The notes beneath the pieces are model-generated. The model did not search any database, had not been told where the DNA came from, and worked only from the letters and a program-made list of their open reading frames with translations. This document shows, piece after piece, positions 10,110-19,306 of a stretch of DNA of 64,000 bases. Position 1 is the stretch's first letter. Each line of letters begins with the position of its first letter. The DNA is taken from the NCBI GenBank assembly GCA_029855935.1, contig JAGSHN010000012.1, forward strand, positions 192,001 to 256,000, given 5' to 3'. The position numbers and the translations under genes were made by a program. This DNA is from Candidatus Thorarchaeota archaeon. Lineage in GTDB: Archaea; Asgardarchaeota; Thorarchaeia; Thorarchaeales; Thorarchaeaceae.

Positions 10110-11417
10110 TCACGCGCTGAGGTACTTCTCCCACTCCCAGTCCGTGACGGCCCGGTTGACATACTCCTCCCACTCCCTCGACTTGATGTCTATGAAGACT
10201 CTGACCAGCTCTTCTCCAAGTGCATCCCTGAGAACGGTGTCCATCTTGAGTTCCTCAAGGGCCTCGCCAAGATTCTTTGGCAACACCCCTATTCCGAGCC
10301 TCTGACGTTCTGTTTCGTTCATTGTGAAGACATTGTCATTTACGGCCGGAGGCGGCTCCAAGTTTCGCTTGACGCCATCCATTCCTACTGCTATCAGAGC
10401 CGCGAACAGCAGGTAGGGGTTGGTGAGCGGGTCTGGTGAGCGGAACTCGATGGCCGCCTTGTCGGGACCAGCAAAGAGTGGTACCCTGATTAATGCGGTG
10501 CGGTTCCTGTAGCCCCAGCAGATGTATACGGGGGCCTCGTGATGGGGCACGAGCCTCTTGTAGGAGTTCACGGTCGGATTCGAGATGGCCGTGATCGCCC
10601 TCGCGTGCTCGATGATCCCTGCGATGAAGTGCTTGGCAGTCTCGGAGAGTTCCCCGGGCCTATCGCCGCCGAAGAGGTTCGTGTCGCCCTCCCATAGCTG
10701 CAGGTGGCAATGGAGACCACTGCCCGCAATGTCTGCAATGGGCTTGGGCATGAATGTGACATCTAGGCCGTTCTCCTGCGCAATCGCACGGGCGACCTGT
10801 TTGAAACGTACGAAACTATCAGCCATCCGCCGTGCGTCATCGGATGACAGTTCAATCTCATGTTGTGCCACTCCGACCTCGTGATGAGCAACTCTGACGC
10901 GGATTCCCATCTCCCGGACAGCCGATGCTATCTCAAGCAGCGTGTCCTGCCCTGGCGCGTCAGGATAGATGTCTGCGTATTGCCCCTCGTCGAGTAGGTC
11001 CCCCTCTGAGTCGAGGAAAAAGAACTCGGGCTCTGTCTTGACCCTCAGATGTAGTTCACCCGGTAGGAGCCTGTCATACGCAGTCTGCAACACACCTCTT
11101 GTGTCCAGATGGTAGTACGTGTCTGCAGCGTCTGCCTTTCTCTGGACATAGCACATCACGGCAGCAGTCCTCTGTAGGCCGAAGGGCAGCTCGACAAGAG
11201 TGTCGACGTCAGGCCGGAGGTGCAGGTCTGAGGACTCGACTGAGGTGAGTCCGACTATTGAACTACCATCCACACTTGATCCTGCTGATAGAACAGGGTC
11301 GTCTTGCAGGTCGTCCAGCGACTCCACGGGACTACATGGGACGATGACACCCTTCAACTGACCAAGGAGGTCGACGAGCTGGAGCACTACGTATGAGATC
11401 TCGTGGGCCATTGGCAC
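10110..11417 (-). CDS. glnA: Glutamine synthetase family protein (type I)
   Basis: DGSS, EPEFF, HHEV, FMPKP, GSGLH, NSYKRL, IEFRSPD. Confidence 0.88.
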   Translation of the reverse strand: MPMAHEISYVVLQLVDLLGQLKGVIVPCSPVESLDDLQDDPVLSAGSSVDGSSIVGLTSVESSDLHLRPDVDTLVELPFGLQRTAAVMCYVQRKADAADTYYHLDTRGVLQTAYDRLLPGELHLRVKTEPEFFFLDSEGDLLDEGQYADIYPDAPGQDTLLEIASAVREMGIRVRVAHHEVGVAQHEIELSSDDARRMADSFVRFKQVARAIAQENGLDVTFMPKPIADIAGSGLHCHLQLWEGDTNLFGGDRPGELSETAKHFIAGIIEHARAITAISNPTVNSYKRLVPHHEAPVYICWGYRNRTALIRVPLFAGPDKAAIEFRSPDPLTNPYLLFAALIAVGMDGVKRNLEPPPAVNDNVFTMNETERQRLGIGVLPKNLGEALEELKMDTVLRDALGEELVRVFIDIKSREWEEYVNRAVTDWEWEKYLSA

Positions 11418-11508
11418 AACGCTCCATTGAGAGGTGGACCAATAGAGCGCGGTCTCTCCTTTTTTAACCTGTCCATCGCTTCAAGAAGCTCGCTCAGACG
11501 CGGGAACA

Positions 11509-11823
11509 TCATCCCCATATGGTCCTGAACCATTCCTCCGCGTCCTTTCCGAACTCGAGCCTGATTGACCCACTTACGACGCTCGGTTCTTCATCTCCCT
11601 TCACAATCTCGAAGTTCATTGCTGCTATTCTCACAGCCTTCTTCTCAAGCCACATATTGCCGATGTTGCGCGCGTGAATGCGGACTGTTCTCTTGTCGTC
11701 GGATATCTGTAGTAGGAGGTCCTCGTAGACCACGTCGGCCTTCATCTTGAACTTCGATTCGCGGAAGTCCCCCATGTGGGTTTCAAGGTTGAAGAACTCG
11801 GCCTTGACCTTCTCCGCTCTCAT
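11509..11823 (-). CDS. Hypothetical protein, possible PH-like fold
   Basis: Beta-rich 104 aa with C-terminal AEEWFRTI helix. Confidence 0.65.
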   Translation of the reverse strand: MRAEKVKAEFFNLETHMGDFRESKFKMKADVVYEDLLLQISDDKRTVRIHARNIGNMWLEKKAVRIAAMNFEIVKGDEEPSVVSGSIRLEFGKDAEEWFRTIWG

Positions 11824-11941
11824 TGCAAATCACTTGAGCAGGGGTGATGATGCCCTCTTAAGACTGACGACAGGCCTGCACATCGCTGCTACAGGCTTTG
11901 TGGCCACAACACAGAAACGTTAGAACATCATACTCCTTGAT

Positions 11942-12766
11942 GTGCAGCACATTCCTGAGGGCATTCACATAGGTACTAGCGGATGGTCCTATCCTGATGA
12001 CTGGGTAGGAGTCTTCTATCAGTCACGAGACTCGCTATTGCAGCAGTATCTGAGATATTTCTACACGGCCGAGATCAACTCGACCTTCTACGCTTTGCCA
12101 CAGCGGGGTTTCATTCGTCACCTGTCTCAGATTGAGAGTCCACGTGTATTCTTCTCAGCGAAACTCCCACGCGCTATCACTCACGATGCACGTCTCGTTC
12201 TGCAAGGCGAGGACGCACAGGTGATACACAGATTCTTCGACCTGATGCGTCCTCTTGCTGACAGACTTGCCTGTCTTCTAATCCAGCTGCCGCCATGGCC
12301 TCGTACCAAGATGGGCGACCTTGAGCAGTTTCTCTCCTCACTTGATGAGACTTTCAGGTATGCCATAGAGTTTAGGCATCACAGTTGGCTGGTCCCGGAG
12401 GTTCGCAAGGTGATTGAGGCATACAACATCGCTCAGGTTGTTGTGGACGAGCCTCTCTTGCCCGTCGACCTGACCGTCACCACAGACTTCGCGTATGTCC
12501 GATGGCACGGCCATGGTACCCGTATCTGGTACGACTATCGATACTCTACGGAGGAGCTCCAGCAGTGGGTCCCGCGTTTCAATGCTCTGCTCGATCAGGT
12601 CGGTACTGTTCTCGGGTATTTCAACAATCACTTCGAGGGCAATGCCGCTGTGAATGCACTTGAGATGCTTCATCTCCTCGGCTTGGCGAACAAGCTACAG
12701 GAGGCAAAGCTGGCACGAATGCATCGTCAGATGTCAGTTGATCAGACAACACTGGATGATCACTGA
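11942..12766 (+). CDS. DUF72 family protein
   Basis: IGTSGWSY, EINSTFY, QLPP, EFRH, YVRWHG, YFNN. Confidence 0.93.
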   Translation: MQHIPEGIHIGTSGWSYPDDWVGVFYQSRDSLLQQYLRYFYTAEINSTFYALPQRGFIRHLSQIESPRVFFSAKLPRAITHDARLVLQGEDAQVIHRFFDLMRPLADRLACLLIQLPPWPRTKMGDLEQFLSSLDETFRYAIEFRHHSWLVPEVRKVIEAYNIAQVVVDEPLLPVDLTVTTDFAYVRWHGHGTRIWYDYRYSTEELQQWVPRFNALLDQVGTVLGYFNNHFEGNAAVNALEMLHLLGLANKLQEAKLARMHRQMSVDQTTLDDH

Positions 12767-12853
12767 TGACCACGTTTCATGTGGCGTCTGAGAGCCTCCT
12801 CACTGCCATCTCTCTCGAAACTCTAATAAGCCGAGCCCAGGTAGCGCGCGTCG

Positions 12854-13069
12854 GTGAGTTGGATGGAAGAGGTCACAGAGGTCGCTATGGTCAAGTCGCC
12901 CGGTGACGGACGACGGCGCACGGGGCGGGGCTTCAGCCCAGGCGAGCTTAAGGAGGTCGGCCTCCGAGTGAGAGAGGCCCGTCGAAGAGGACTGCCCGTG
13001 GACCATCGCAGGAAGAGTGTCCATCCTGAGAACGTAGATGCGTTGCGTTCTTTCCTGTCGGAATCGTGA
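12854..13069 (+). CDS. rpl13e: 50S ribosomal protein L13e (short archaeal form)
   Basis: [16 protein letters not shown] and [13 protein letters not shown]. Confidence 0.92.
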   Translation: MSWMEEVTEVAMVKSPGDGRRRTGRGFSPGELKEVGLRVREARRRGLPVDHRRKSVHPENVDALRSFLSES

Positions 13070-14175
13070 GCTACGGCCACCGTGGGTCGGCTCGCGTCAG
13101 AGATGGACTCTGTGAGTTGGTCATCTTGACCGCTCCCACGACACTGCTCGAGGTGCTGTGCAACCCACCGGTTGTCCAGCGTCCTGTCATCATGCCTGAC
13201 TTCTTTGTCGATCATTTTGTCATTGGTGAATCGCTGGACGCCTTCATTGAGGGACTTAGACGTCTTGCTCAACAGGGCGGGGGCAATCTGATTGGCACCC
13301 GGCATATGTTGCGCCGAGGAGGGAACTCGGTCAACACCGCGTCGGCCCTGCTTCGACTCGGGGCTGATCCTGTGCTGATTGTGAAGACGAGCGCGCAGGG
13401 CCTATCACTGCTGAGAGCGCTCGTTGACCCGAATCTTGATCTATCGCACGTCAAGGCCACCGGGGCCCTCTCGTCGACTGTCTCGATTGAGCTGAACTAT
13501 GAGGACAGGCGGGTCAACTTGATGGTGAGCGACAGTGGCTCCGCGCGAGACTTCTCCATTCGTGACCTCACCGACTACGATGTCGGAGCCATTCGCGAGG
13601 CGGGGCTTGTTGCACTCTTATGCCTCAATCATAACGCGGACCCTGCACAGCTGGCGAACGACCTGTTCAGCCTCGTTCGTTCAGAGTCACAGGCGATGAC
13701 GTTCATGGACATTGGTGATCCCTCTGGACGGCCGGACATACTGCATCCTCTGCTCAGAAATGTCCTTGCTGAGGGTCTCGTGGACATCCTGAGCATCAAT
13801 GAGAACGAGATAGTCTGGCTTGCCCGAGCGATGGGTCGTGACCTCTCGTGGCAATCTGATGATGCGACGCTCCGTATGACTGGAGATGACATCTCTGAGG
13901 AGCTTGGCGTTCGAATCGACCTTCACACCCGAGGCTTTGTGTCGACGCATTGGAACGGAGAGGCTGTCCAAGTTGACACATTTCCTGTGGAGCCCCAAGT
14001 CACCTGTGGTGCGGGCGATGCGTGGAATGCGGGTGACATCTATGGATACCTGCTTCGTCTGGAGGTTTCGGACAGGCTGATGCTTGCCAATGCCGTTGCA
14101 GCACTGTACGTTTCATCCTCAGATGCCACTCATCCAACTAGGGAAGAGATCATCGAGTTCCTGACGGGAAGATGA
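13066..14175 (+). CDS. PfkB/ribokinase family carbohydrate kinase
   Basis: GGNSVN, NENE, intact [11 protein letters not shown]; start may be TTG 13126. Confidence 0.88.
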   Translation: MSYGHRGSARVRDGLCELVILTAPTTLLEVLCNPPVVQRPVIMPDFFVDHFVIGESLDAFIEGLRRLAQQGGGNLIGTRHMLRRGGNSVNTASALLRLGADPVLIVKTSAQGLSLLRALVDPNLDLSHVKATGALSSTVSIELNYEDRRVNLMVSDSGSARDFSIRDLTDYDVGAIREAGLVALLCLNHNADPAQLANDLFSLVRSESQAMTFMDIGDPSGRPDILHPLLRNVLAEGLVDILSINENEIVWLARAMGRDLSWQSDDATLRMTGDDISEELGVRIDLHTRGFVSTHWNGEAVQVDTFPVEPQVTCGAGDAWNAGDIYGYLLRLEVSDRLMLANAVAALYVSSSDATHPTREEIIEFLTGR

Positions 14176-14311
14176 GGCTGCTGCTCAAGGCGGGCGAGTC
14201 CTCAGCGGCCTCATTGGCGTTGTTTCTGCAAGCGCGGTACGGCAGTCTGCGATGCTCGTGGTGGCAAGTTTCATATGTCGGATGTCATAGTTCCCCGCGT
14301 ATGCTGAGGAA

Positions 14312-15241
14312 ATGTCTCAGGCGGAGCGGCCCAGGATGGACTTGGAACGTGCTCTGACCAAGCTCAGATACGACGACGAGGTCAGTGGATACGCTCTCAT
14401 CACCAACGATGGCGAGCCGTTCCTGTCCTTCTCGCTGCCTGAGGAGATACTCCCCAGTATCCGCGGTGCGATGAAGATACACTCTACATCCTTGAAGCTA
14501 ATGAACATCATGGCCGGCCCCTGGACAGTTGTCTTGGCTCGCGTCAATCCTGACTGGGTCCTTGCGACGGTCTTTGCAGAGGTGCAGTTGGGTATTGCGC
14601 TCCAGAAGACGCGCGATGTAGTGCGTCTTCTTGAACAGGTGAAGCTGCCTCCGCCCCCGTCTGCAAGACCTGCAGAATCGGCTGCTGAGGTCCCAACGAC
14701 CGCTGAGGCCCCGGGGGCAACGGAGCCAGCACTATCTGAAGAGCCCGCGGTCGCTCCCGCTAAGAAGACAAGGGTGACTCACGGTTGTGTGGTACATCGC
14801 GGACCGAGGTACGCCGAGGCGATGCGTCTGGGATCGGAGTTGAACCACAGGCTGCGTGATCTTGGAGCGTTCGCCATTGATGTCCTGCTCCTTGTCGACG
14901 AGGAGCGGACCGTGTTCAAGATTGCAGAGACCCTTGCAAGGTCTGTTGACAAGGTCATCGAGGTCGTGCGCTGGTCTGTATCGAACCAGATTGTCACCGT
15001 GGAGTGCCCGGAGGAACAGGAGTCTGGCGAGCGTGTCATTGTCGAGGTCCCCATCTTTGAGGGCGAGCTAAGCAAGGCCAAAGCTGAGCACAGGCCTGTC
15101 CTGGAGCTCTGCAAAGGGGAGTTGACTCTCAATGAGATTGCCAATCAACTCGGGATGACATACTTTGAGGCAATGCAGTGCATCCTTCCGTACCGCGGCA
15201 AGACTCTACGCTTTGTTAGCACCAGTCGTGTAGTTTCGTAG
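14312..15241 (+). CDS. Roadblock-like domain + Pro/Ala linker + two winged-helix domains (paralog 1)
   Basis: N-terminal alpha-beta-beta-alpha-beta-beta-beta-alpha pattern ending QLGIA; LPPPP linker; LLVDEERTVFKIAE and LCKGELTLNEIA wHTH-like motifs; clear paralog of 17124..18089. Confidence 0.75.
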   Translation: MSQAERPRMDLERALTKLRYDDEVSGYALITNDGEPFLSFSLPEEILPSIRGAMKIHSTSLKLMNIMAGPWTVVLARVNPDWVLATVFAEVQLGIALQKTRDVVRLLEQVKLPPPPSARPAESAAEVPTTAEAPGATEPALSEEPAVAPAKKTRVTHGCVVHRGPRYAEAMRLGSELNHRLRDLGAFAIDVLLLVDEERTVFKIAETLARSVDKVIEVVRWSVSNQIVTVECPEEQESGERVIVEVPIFEGELSKAKAEHRPVLELCKGELTLNEIANQLGMTYFEAMQCILPYRGKTLRFVSTSRVVS

Positions 15242-15256
15242 TGGAGGTGACGAGAG

Positions 15257-15763
15257 ATGGGAGTGAAAGGAAAACTCGCGTGGACATTAAAGATTGACAA
15301 AGTGGCGAAGCCACTGTTTCAGGCGACCTACCGAGAGCTGATGAACACGCTCATACAGACGTGCGACAATATCGAAGAGGTCAACAGGCGAATGAAGGAG
15401 ATTGGCTTTCGCGTTGGACAGGACCTGTTGATGGAGTACGCAGACAAGATACGAAAGCACGCCTCGACATTCGTGGAGTTCAGCAAGACACTTCAGCTCG
15501 CCTACAAGGTGAACAGCGGACAGGAGTTTACCGATGTGTGGATCAGTGAGGACGGTCGCGTGATCAAATATACTGACGACCATTGTGTGTTGTGTGAGGG
15601 CGTGGAGATTCGCGACATGCCCGGACTCCAGTATTGCGGTCTCATCTCCGGCGTGTTTCAAGCGGTCATGGACCTGCGTGGATTCAAGGCCGAGGCCTAT
15701 CAGGAGTCCTGTCGCGCGATTGGCGACTCCACCTGTCGCTGGACCATCCGGCTTCTTGAGTGA
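15257..15763 (+). CDS. Bet3/TRAPP-like V4R domain protein 1
   Basis: LFQATYRELM...EEVNRRMKEIGFRVG Bet3-like N-terminus; CVLC, YCGLISGVF, ESCRAIGDSTC V4R cysteines. Confidence 0.8.
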   Translation: MGVKGKLAWTLKIDKVAKPLFQATYRELMNTLIQTCDNIEEVNRRMKEIGFRVGQDLLMEYADKIRKHASTFVEFSKTLQLAYKVNSGQEFTDVWISEDGRVIKYTDDHCVLCEGVEIRDMPGLQYCGLISGVFQAVMDLRGFKAEAYQESCRAIGDSTCRWTIRLLE

Positions 15764-15786
15764 CCCCTAGTGGGCTAGCGAACATG

Positions 15787-15792
15787 TATAAA
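15787..15792 (+). promoter_or_regulatory. Putative archaeal TATA box for the 15852 membrane gene
   Basis: TATAAA in a GC-rich intergenic region about 60 nt upstream of the start. Confidence 0.45.
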
Positions 15793-15851
15793 TGGCGGGA
15801 GGTATCATGCAGTGGTGAAACGGTCCACGGAGACCAAGAGGAGGCAATGGA

Positions 15852-16352
15852 ATGGGACAGATCTCTGGCACGCTTGTGGGAATGGTCGTCGCGTTCCTTA
15901 TCACGTTCCTGATACTCATGTTTGGTGGTTCGATTCACGAGGATCTCATCCCCCCTGAGATCGTCGCGGACTTTCTTAGCAGGCCTGATCTTGAGCTCAA
16001 GCTTGCAGTGGTGGGAACAGTGATGTATCCACCCTACCTGGGGATGCAGCTTGGTTTCGGCGCTCAGGGTTCCACAATCCTGATGTTCCTCGCCTGGGGA
16101 ACCGGCGGTCTTATTGCTGGAGCTCTGTCTCGCGAGATCATTCCCGGCGTATTCGCAGCCATCTTCGCAGTCATCATCGGTGCGTTTCTGATGTGGCTGC
16201 TGATATTCTTTATCAGCACAACTGACTTCATGGCAATCTTTGGGGGCACTTCAATGTTGCTCCTTCAATTCGTTCTTGAGGGTGCTATATATCCCGCAAT
16301 TGCTGCAGTCGTGGGGAGTCTCCTCGGGAGCGGTGTCACGCGTGAGCGGTGA
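15852..16352 (+). CDS. Small multi-pass membrane protein (about 4 TM)
   Basis: Hydrophobic segments; WGTGGLIAG motif. Confidence 0.8.
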   Translation: MGQISGTLVGMVVAFLITFLILMFGGSIHEDLIPPEIVADFLSRPDLELKLAVVGTVMYPPYLGMQLGFGAQGSTILMFLAWGTGGLIAGALSREIIPGVFAAIFAVIIGAFLMWLLIFFISTTDFMAIFGGTSMLLLQFVLEGAIYPAIAAVVGSLLGSGVTRER

Positions 16353-16914
16353 TGGTGTCGCAATCATCTTCAGTGCCCAGCTCGCGTCCGCACTCAGAGC
16401 ATATCAGGGGTCGGGACTTGAACACCGCCCCGCACTCGCATCTGGTGAGTATCGACTCGGGGGGAGGCACGGTTCCCCCACGCGTCAACACCTCAACGGC
16501 AATGCTGGTCGGGAGGATGGTGACAAGGCTGACCTGGGAGAGCAGAATCCCCTGTGCGAAGACTAGGAACAGTGTCGTATTTCTCTCGGGAGAGTCCCAC
16601 AGCGACGGGTTAGAGATCAATAGCGCAGCAATGGCAAGAGCTGAGAGAACGGCTCCCAGCCACAGAGATGATCTGACGCTATTCCACCCTCTCTTGGCCA
16701 CGACTCCTGCGATGACGCCCATCAACAGCCAGGTAGGAAGATGCGTCAACGGGTTTAGCACGTGATCAACCACGCCCTGAACGCTGAGAAGATATTCTCC
16801 TCCCCGCAGGATGCGTGTCAGCACATCCGTAGAGCCTCTTATGCCTGACACCCAGACATCTGTGAGATAGGCTCCTACCAGTGCCGCGGCCAGCGCACCA
16901 CCAAAGTTTCTCAT
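16336..16914 (-). CDS. Multi-pass membrane protein with C-terminal zinc ribbon
   Basis: About 4 TM, WLLMGVIAG motif, CECG...CSECG; start taken at ATG 16914 (ORF extends to 16983). Confidence 0.78.
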   Translation of the reverse strand: MRNFGGALAAALVGAYLTDVWVSGIRGSTDVLTRILRGGEYLLSVQGVVDHVLNPLTHLPTWLLMGVIAGVVAKRGWNSVRSSLWLGAVLSALAIAALLISNPSLWDSPERNTTLFLVFAQGILLSQVSLVTILPTSIAVEVLTRGGTVPPPESILTRCECGAVFKSRPLICSECGRELGTEDDCDTITAHA

Positions 16915-17123
16915 CTCTCTCGACCTGTGATGTTGTCTGTGGCGCGGTCTTCCGCCCCTCTGGTGTGGGCTGTTGTCAGCCATTTAATGTTTCTGAACTG
17001 TGAGGTCACAACTCATTCGCCACAACTCGCAGACACGTCACCGCAATCCTTTTCTGATGTGCCTCCTCCCATATTCTCGAAGGCGACACGCCAGCGCCAG
17101 GGACCACAAGGTGTGTATCTGAC

Positions 17124-18089
17124 ATGTCCGGCGACCTTGAAAGAGCGTTATCCAAGCTCAGGTTTGATGATCAGGTCATTGGCTACTCCCTGATGACCAA
17201 GGGTGGCAGGCCGTTTGTCAGCTTTTCCTTTCCAGACGACCTTTTCCCGCGTGTCAAGGAGAGCATCAGCCTGTACAAGACCGACCTGAGACTAATGACC
17301 ATCGATACGGACAAGGGCCTTGTGGTTCTCGCTCCGGTCGACGACAACTGGATACTCACAGTCCTGTATGTTCCCGAGCTACAGCTGGGGTTGGCGATTG
17401 CCAAGACCAAGAACGTCCTGCGGATGCTTGAGGGGATCGAGCTGCCCCCGCCGCCTGAAGAGTTCGAGGAGGCCGTAGAGTCCAACTTGGAGGTTCTAGA
17501 GAGCATTGCGATGCAGGCCGCCTCCACCGCTGCTGAGGCGGCACCGACTGTCGAGGAGCCCGCCCCTGCTCCTGCTCAAGAGGCAGAGGAGCTCTCTCCT
17601 GAAGACTTTGTCGTAACATCCGATACTGTCCCCAAGAAGGGCGAGGCATATGCAACAGCTCTCTCTCTCGACTCTGACCTATATGATGAGATGAGAAAGG
17701 CCTACCGCAACTTCGGCTTTGACATCCTCATGCTCGTCGACGGGCGGTCCACGGTTGCAGCCATCGCAGACGCAATGTTCCAGCCTGTTGTCAAGGTGGC
17801 CGAGGTACTGAAATGGGCTGCCTCGAAGCGGATAGTAGAGCTTCCGAGAGCTGGTGAGGCGGCAGCGGAGGGGGTCACGAAGAAGCCGTCCCGTTTTGTC
17901 AAGTGTCCGCGATTCGAGGGCGACCTCTCAAAGGTGAAGCCCGACCACCTGGCGGTTGTGCGGCTGTGTGACGGCACACGGACGACGGAACAGATTGCCG
18001 AAGCCGCCGGGATACCTGCTCCGCGGGTCATCCACATTGTGGCGCTGTACCGCAAGCACGGTATGAAAATGATTGGCAAGACCATCTAA
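17124..18089 (+). CDS. Roadblock-like domain + linker + two winged-helix domains (paralog 2)
   Basis: DLERALSKLRFDD start nearly identical to paralog 1; LVDGRSTVAAIA and LCDGTRTTEQIA motifs. Confidence 0.75.
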   Translation: MSGDLERALSKLRFDDQVIGYSLMTKGGRPFVSFSFPDDLFPRVKESISLYKTDLRLMTIDTDKGLVVLAPVDDNWILTVLYVPELQLGLAIAKTKNVLRMLEGIELPPPPEEFEEAVESNLEVLESIAMQAASTAAEAAPTVEEPAPAPAQEAEELSPEDFVVTSDTVPKKGEAYATALSLDSDLYDEMRKAYRNFGFDILMLVDGRSTVAAIADAMFQPVVKVAEVLKWAASKRIVELPRAGEAAAEGVTKKPSRFVKCPRFEGDLSKVKPDHLAVVRLCDGTRTTEQIAEAAGIPAPRVIHIVALYRKHGMKMIGKTI

Positions 18090-18125
18090 TTCCTCAAACC
18101 CGACACACACCAGAGGTTCAAGGCA

Positions 18126-18599
18126 ATGGCGCGAATAGAGAACCCCCTACTTTTGAGCATCTACGGTCAGCTAGTGGACAAGATTCTTGCTGAAACGCAG
18201 AACATCGAAGAGGCCAATGAGCGTCTCCGTGAGCTTGGTCGCACTATGGCCGAGCAAATCTATCTCACCACGGACATCGTTGAGAAGACCAAGGACGAGG
18301 TCCTCACGAGAGAAGATGTTGCGAAGTTGGTTGAGGTGGTCTTCAGGGTTCTATTTGACCGCAAGCCCACAGAGATTGACATGGAAACGGCCCGCGGTTC
18401 TGTCCGGGTGAGCGACTCGAACTGCGTCTGGTGTCAGGACGTGAACTTGGAGGGGATGCCCGGTTTTGGCTACTGCGAAGTCTTCAGCGGCATTCTTGAG
18501 GCAATACTGAAGTACAAGGGCGTGGATGCACGTGTCTTCGAGGAGACTTGCAGGGCCACAGGAGGCGTGACCTGCTCCTGGAATGTACGTCTCGTATGA
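18126..18599 (+). CDS. Bet3/TRAPP-like V4R domain protein 2
   Basis: IYGQLV...NIEEANERLRELG; CVWC, YCEVFSGIL, ETCRATGGVTC. Confidence 0.8.
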   Translation: MARIENPLLLSIYGQLVDKILAETQNIEEANERLRELGRTMAEQIYLTTDIVEKTKDEVLTREDVAKLVEVVFRVLFDRKPTEIDMETARGSVRVSDSNCVWCQDVNLEGMPGFGYCEVFSGILEAILKYKGVDARVFEETCRATGGVTCSWNVRLV

Positions 18600-18683
18600 T
18601 GGAGAAGACTCCGTGGCAGCCCATGTCACAGGAAAGCACTTATCCCCGGCTGTGGACGGGGTATCTGCCCGGAGGTATCTGAA

Positions 18684-19232
18684 ATGTCTAAAGAGCCTGA
18701 GGTTATCAAGTGGTGGCGTGGTAGGCTCAAGGAGCGCGACCTGATGCGTGCGTTCTTTGCCAAGACGTGGACGAAGATTGGAAACAGAATCGCAGTTATG
18801 TTCCCGGAGAGAGTACGTGATCTCTACTACAGCGCGGGACGGCTTGCTGGGCTTGAGGCGCAACAGGAGTACTTCAGGATTGGAAAGCAGAAGCCGCCTG
18901 GGGACTTCAAGGGCATCGTAGAATTCATCAAGATGGCCCTCTCCACCATCATTGTCCCCTTTGGAGATGTCGAGATCCAGAAGCTCTACAAGCTCTGGCT
19001 TGATGAAGAGGCCATAATTGAGATTCGTGACAACCCTTATGCATCGGGTCTTCACAGCGAAGAGCCCTCGTGCTATTTCCTCAGGGGTTTCATTGAGGCT
19101 GTTCTTGAATACCTGACAGACTTCAATAGAATCGAGTACGAGACGCTAACGGTCGTCGAGGAAACTTGTATAGCCACGGGAGCTCCATCTTGTACATTCC
19201 ACCTCAAGTTGACATACCCCGCCAAAGGCTGA
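18684..19232 (+). CDS. V4R domain protein 3
   Basis: YSAGRLAG, DNPYA, PSCYFLRGFI, EETCIATGAPSCTF. Confidence 0.8.
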   Translation: MSKEPEVIKWWRGRLKERDLMRAFFAKTWTKIGNRIAVMFPERVRDLYYSAGRLAGLEAQQEYFRIGKQKPPGDFKGIVEFIKMALSTIIVPFGDVEIQKLYKLWLDEEAIIEIRDNPYASGLHSEEPSCYFLRGFIEAVLEYLTDFNRIEYETLTVVEETCIATGAPSCTFHLKLTYPAKG

Positions 19233-19306
19233 CCCCGACTGGTACAAGCGTTGCCCAAACACATACCTTAACTTCAAACTTTGAGAAGGAGCGTAGAGGT
19301 GGTGCT

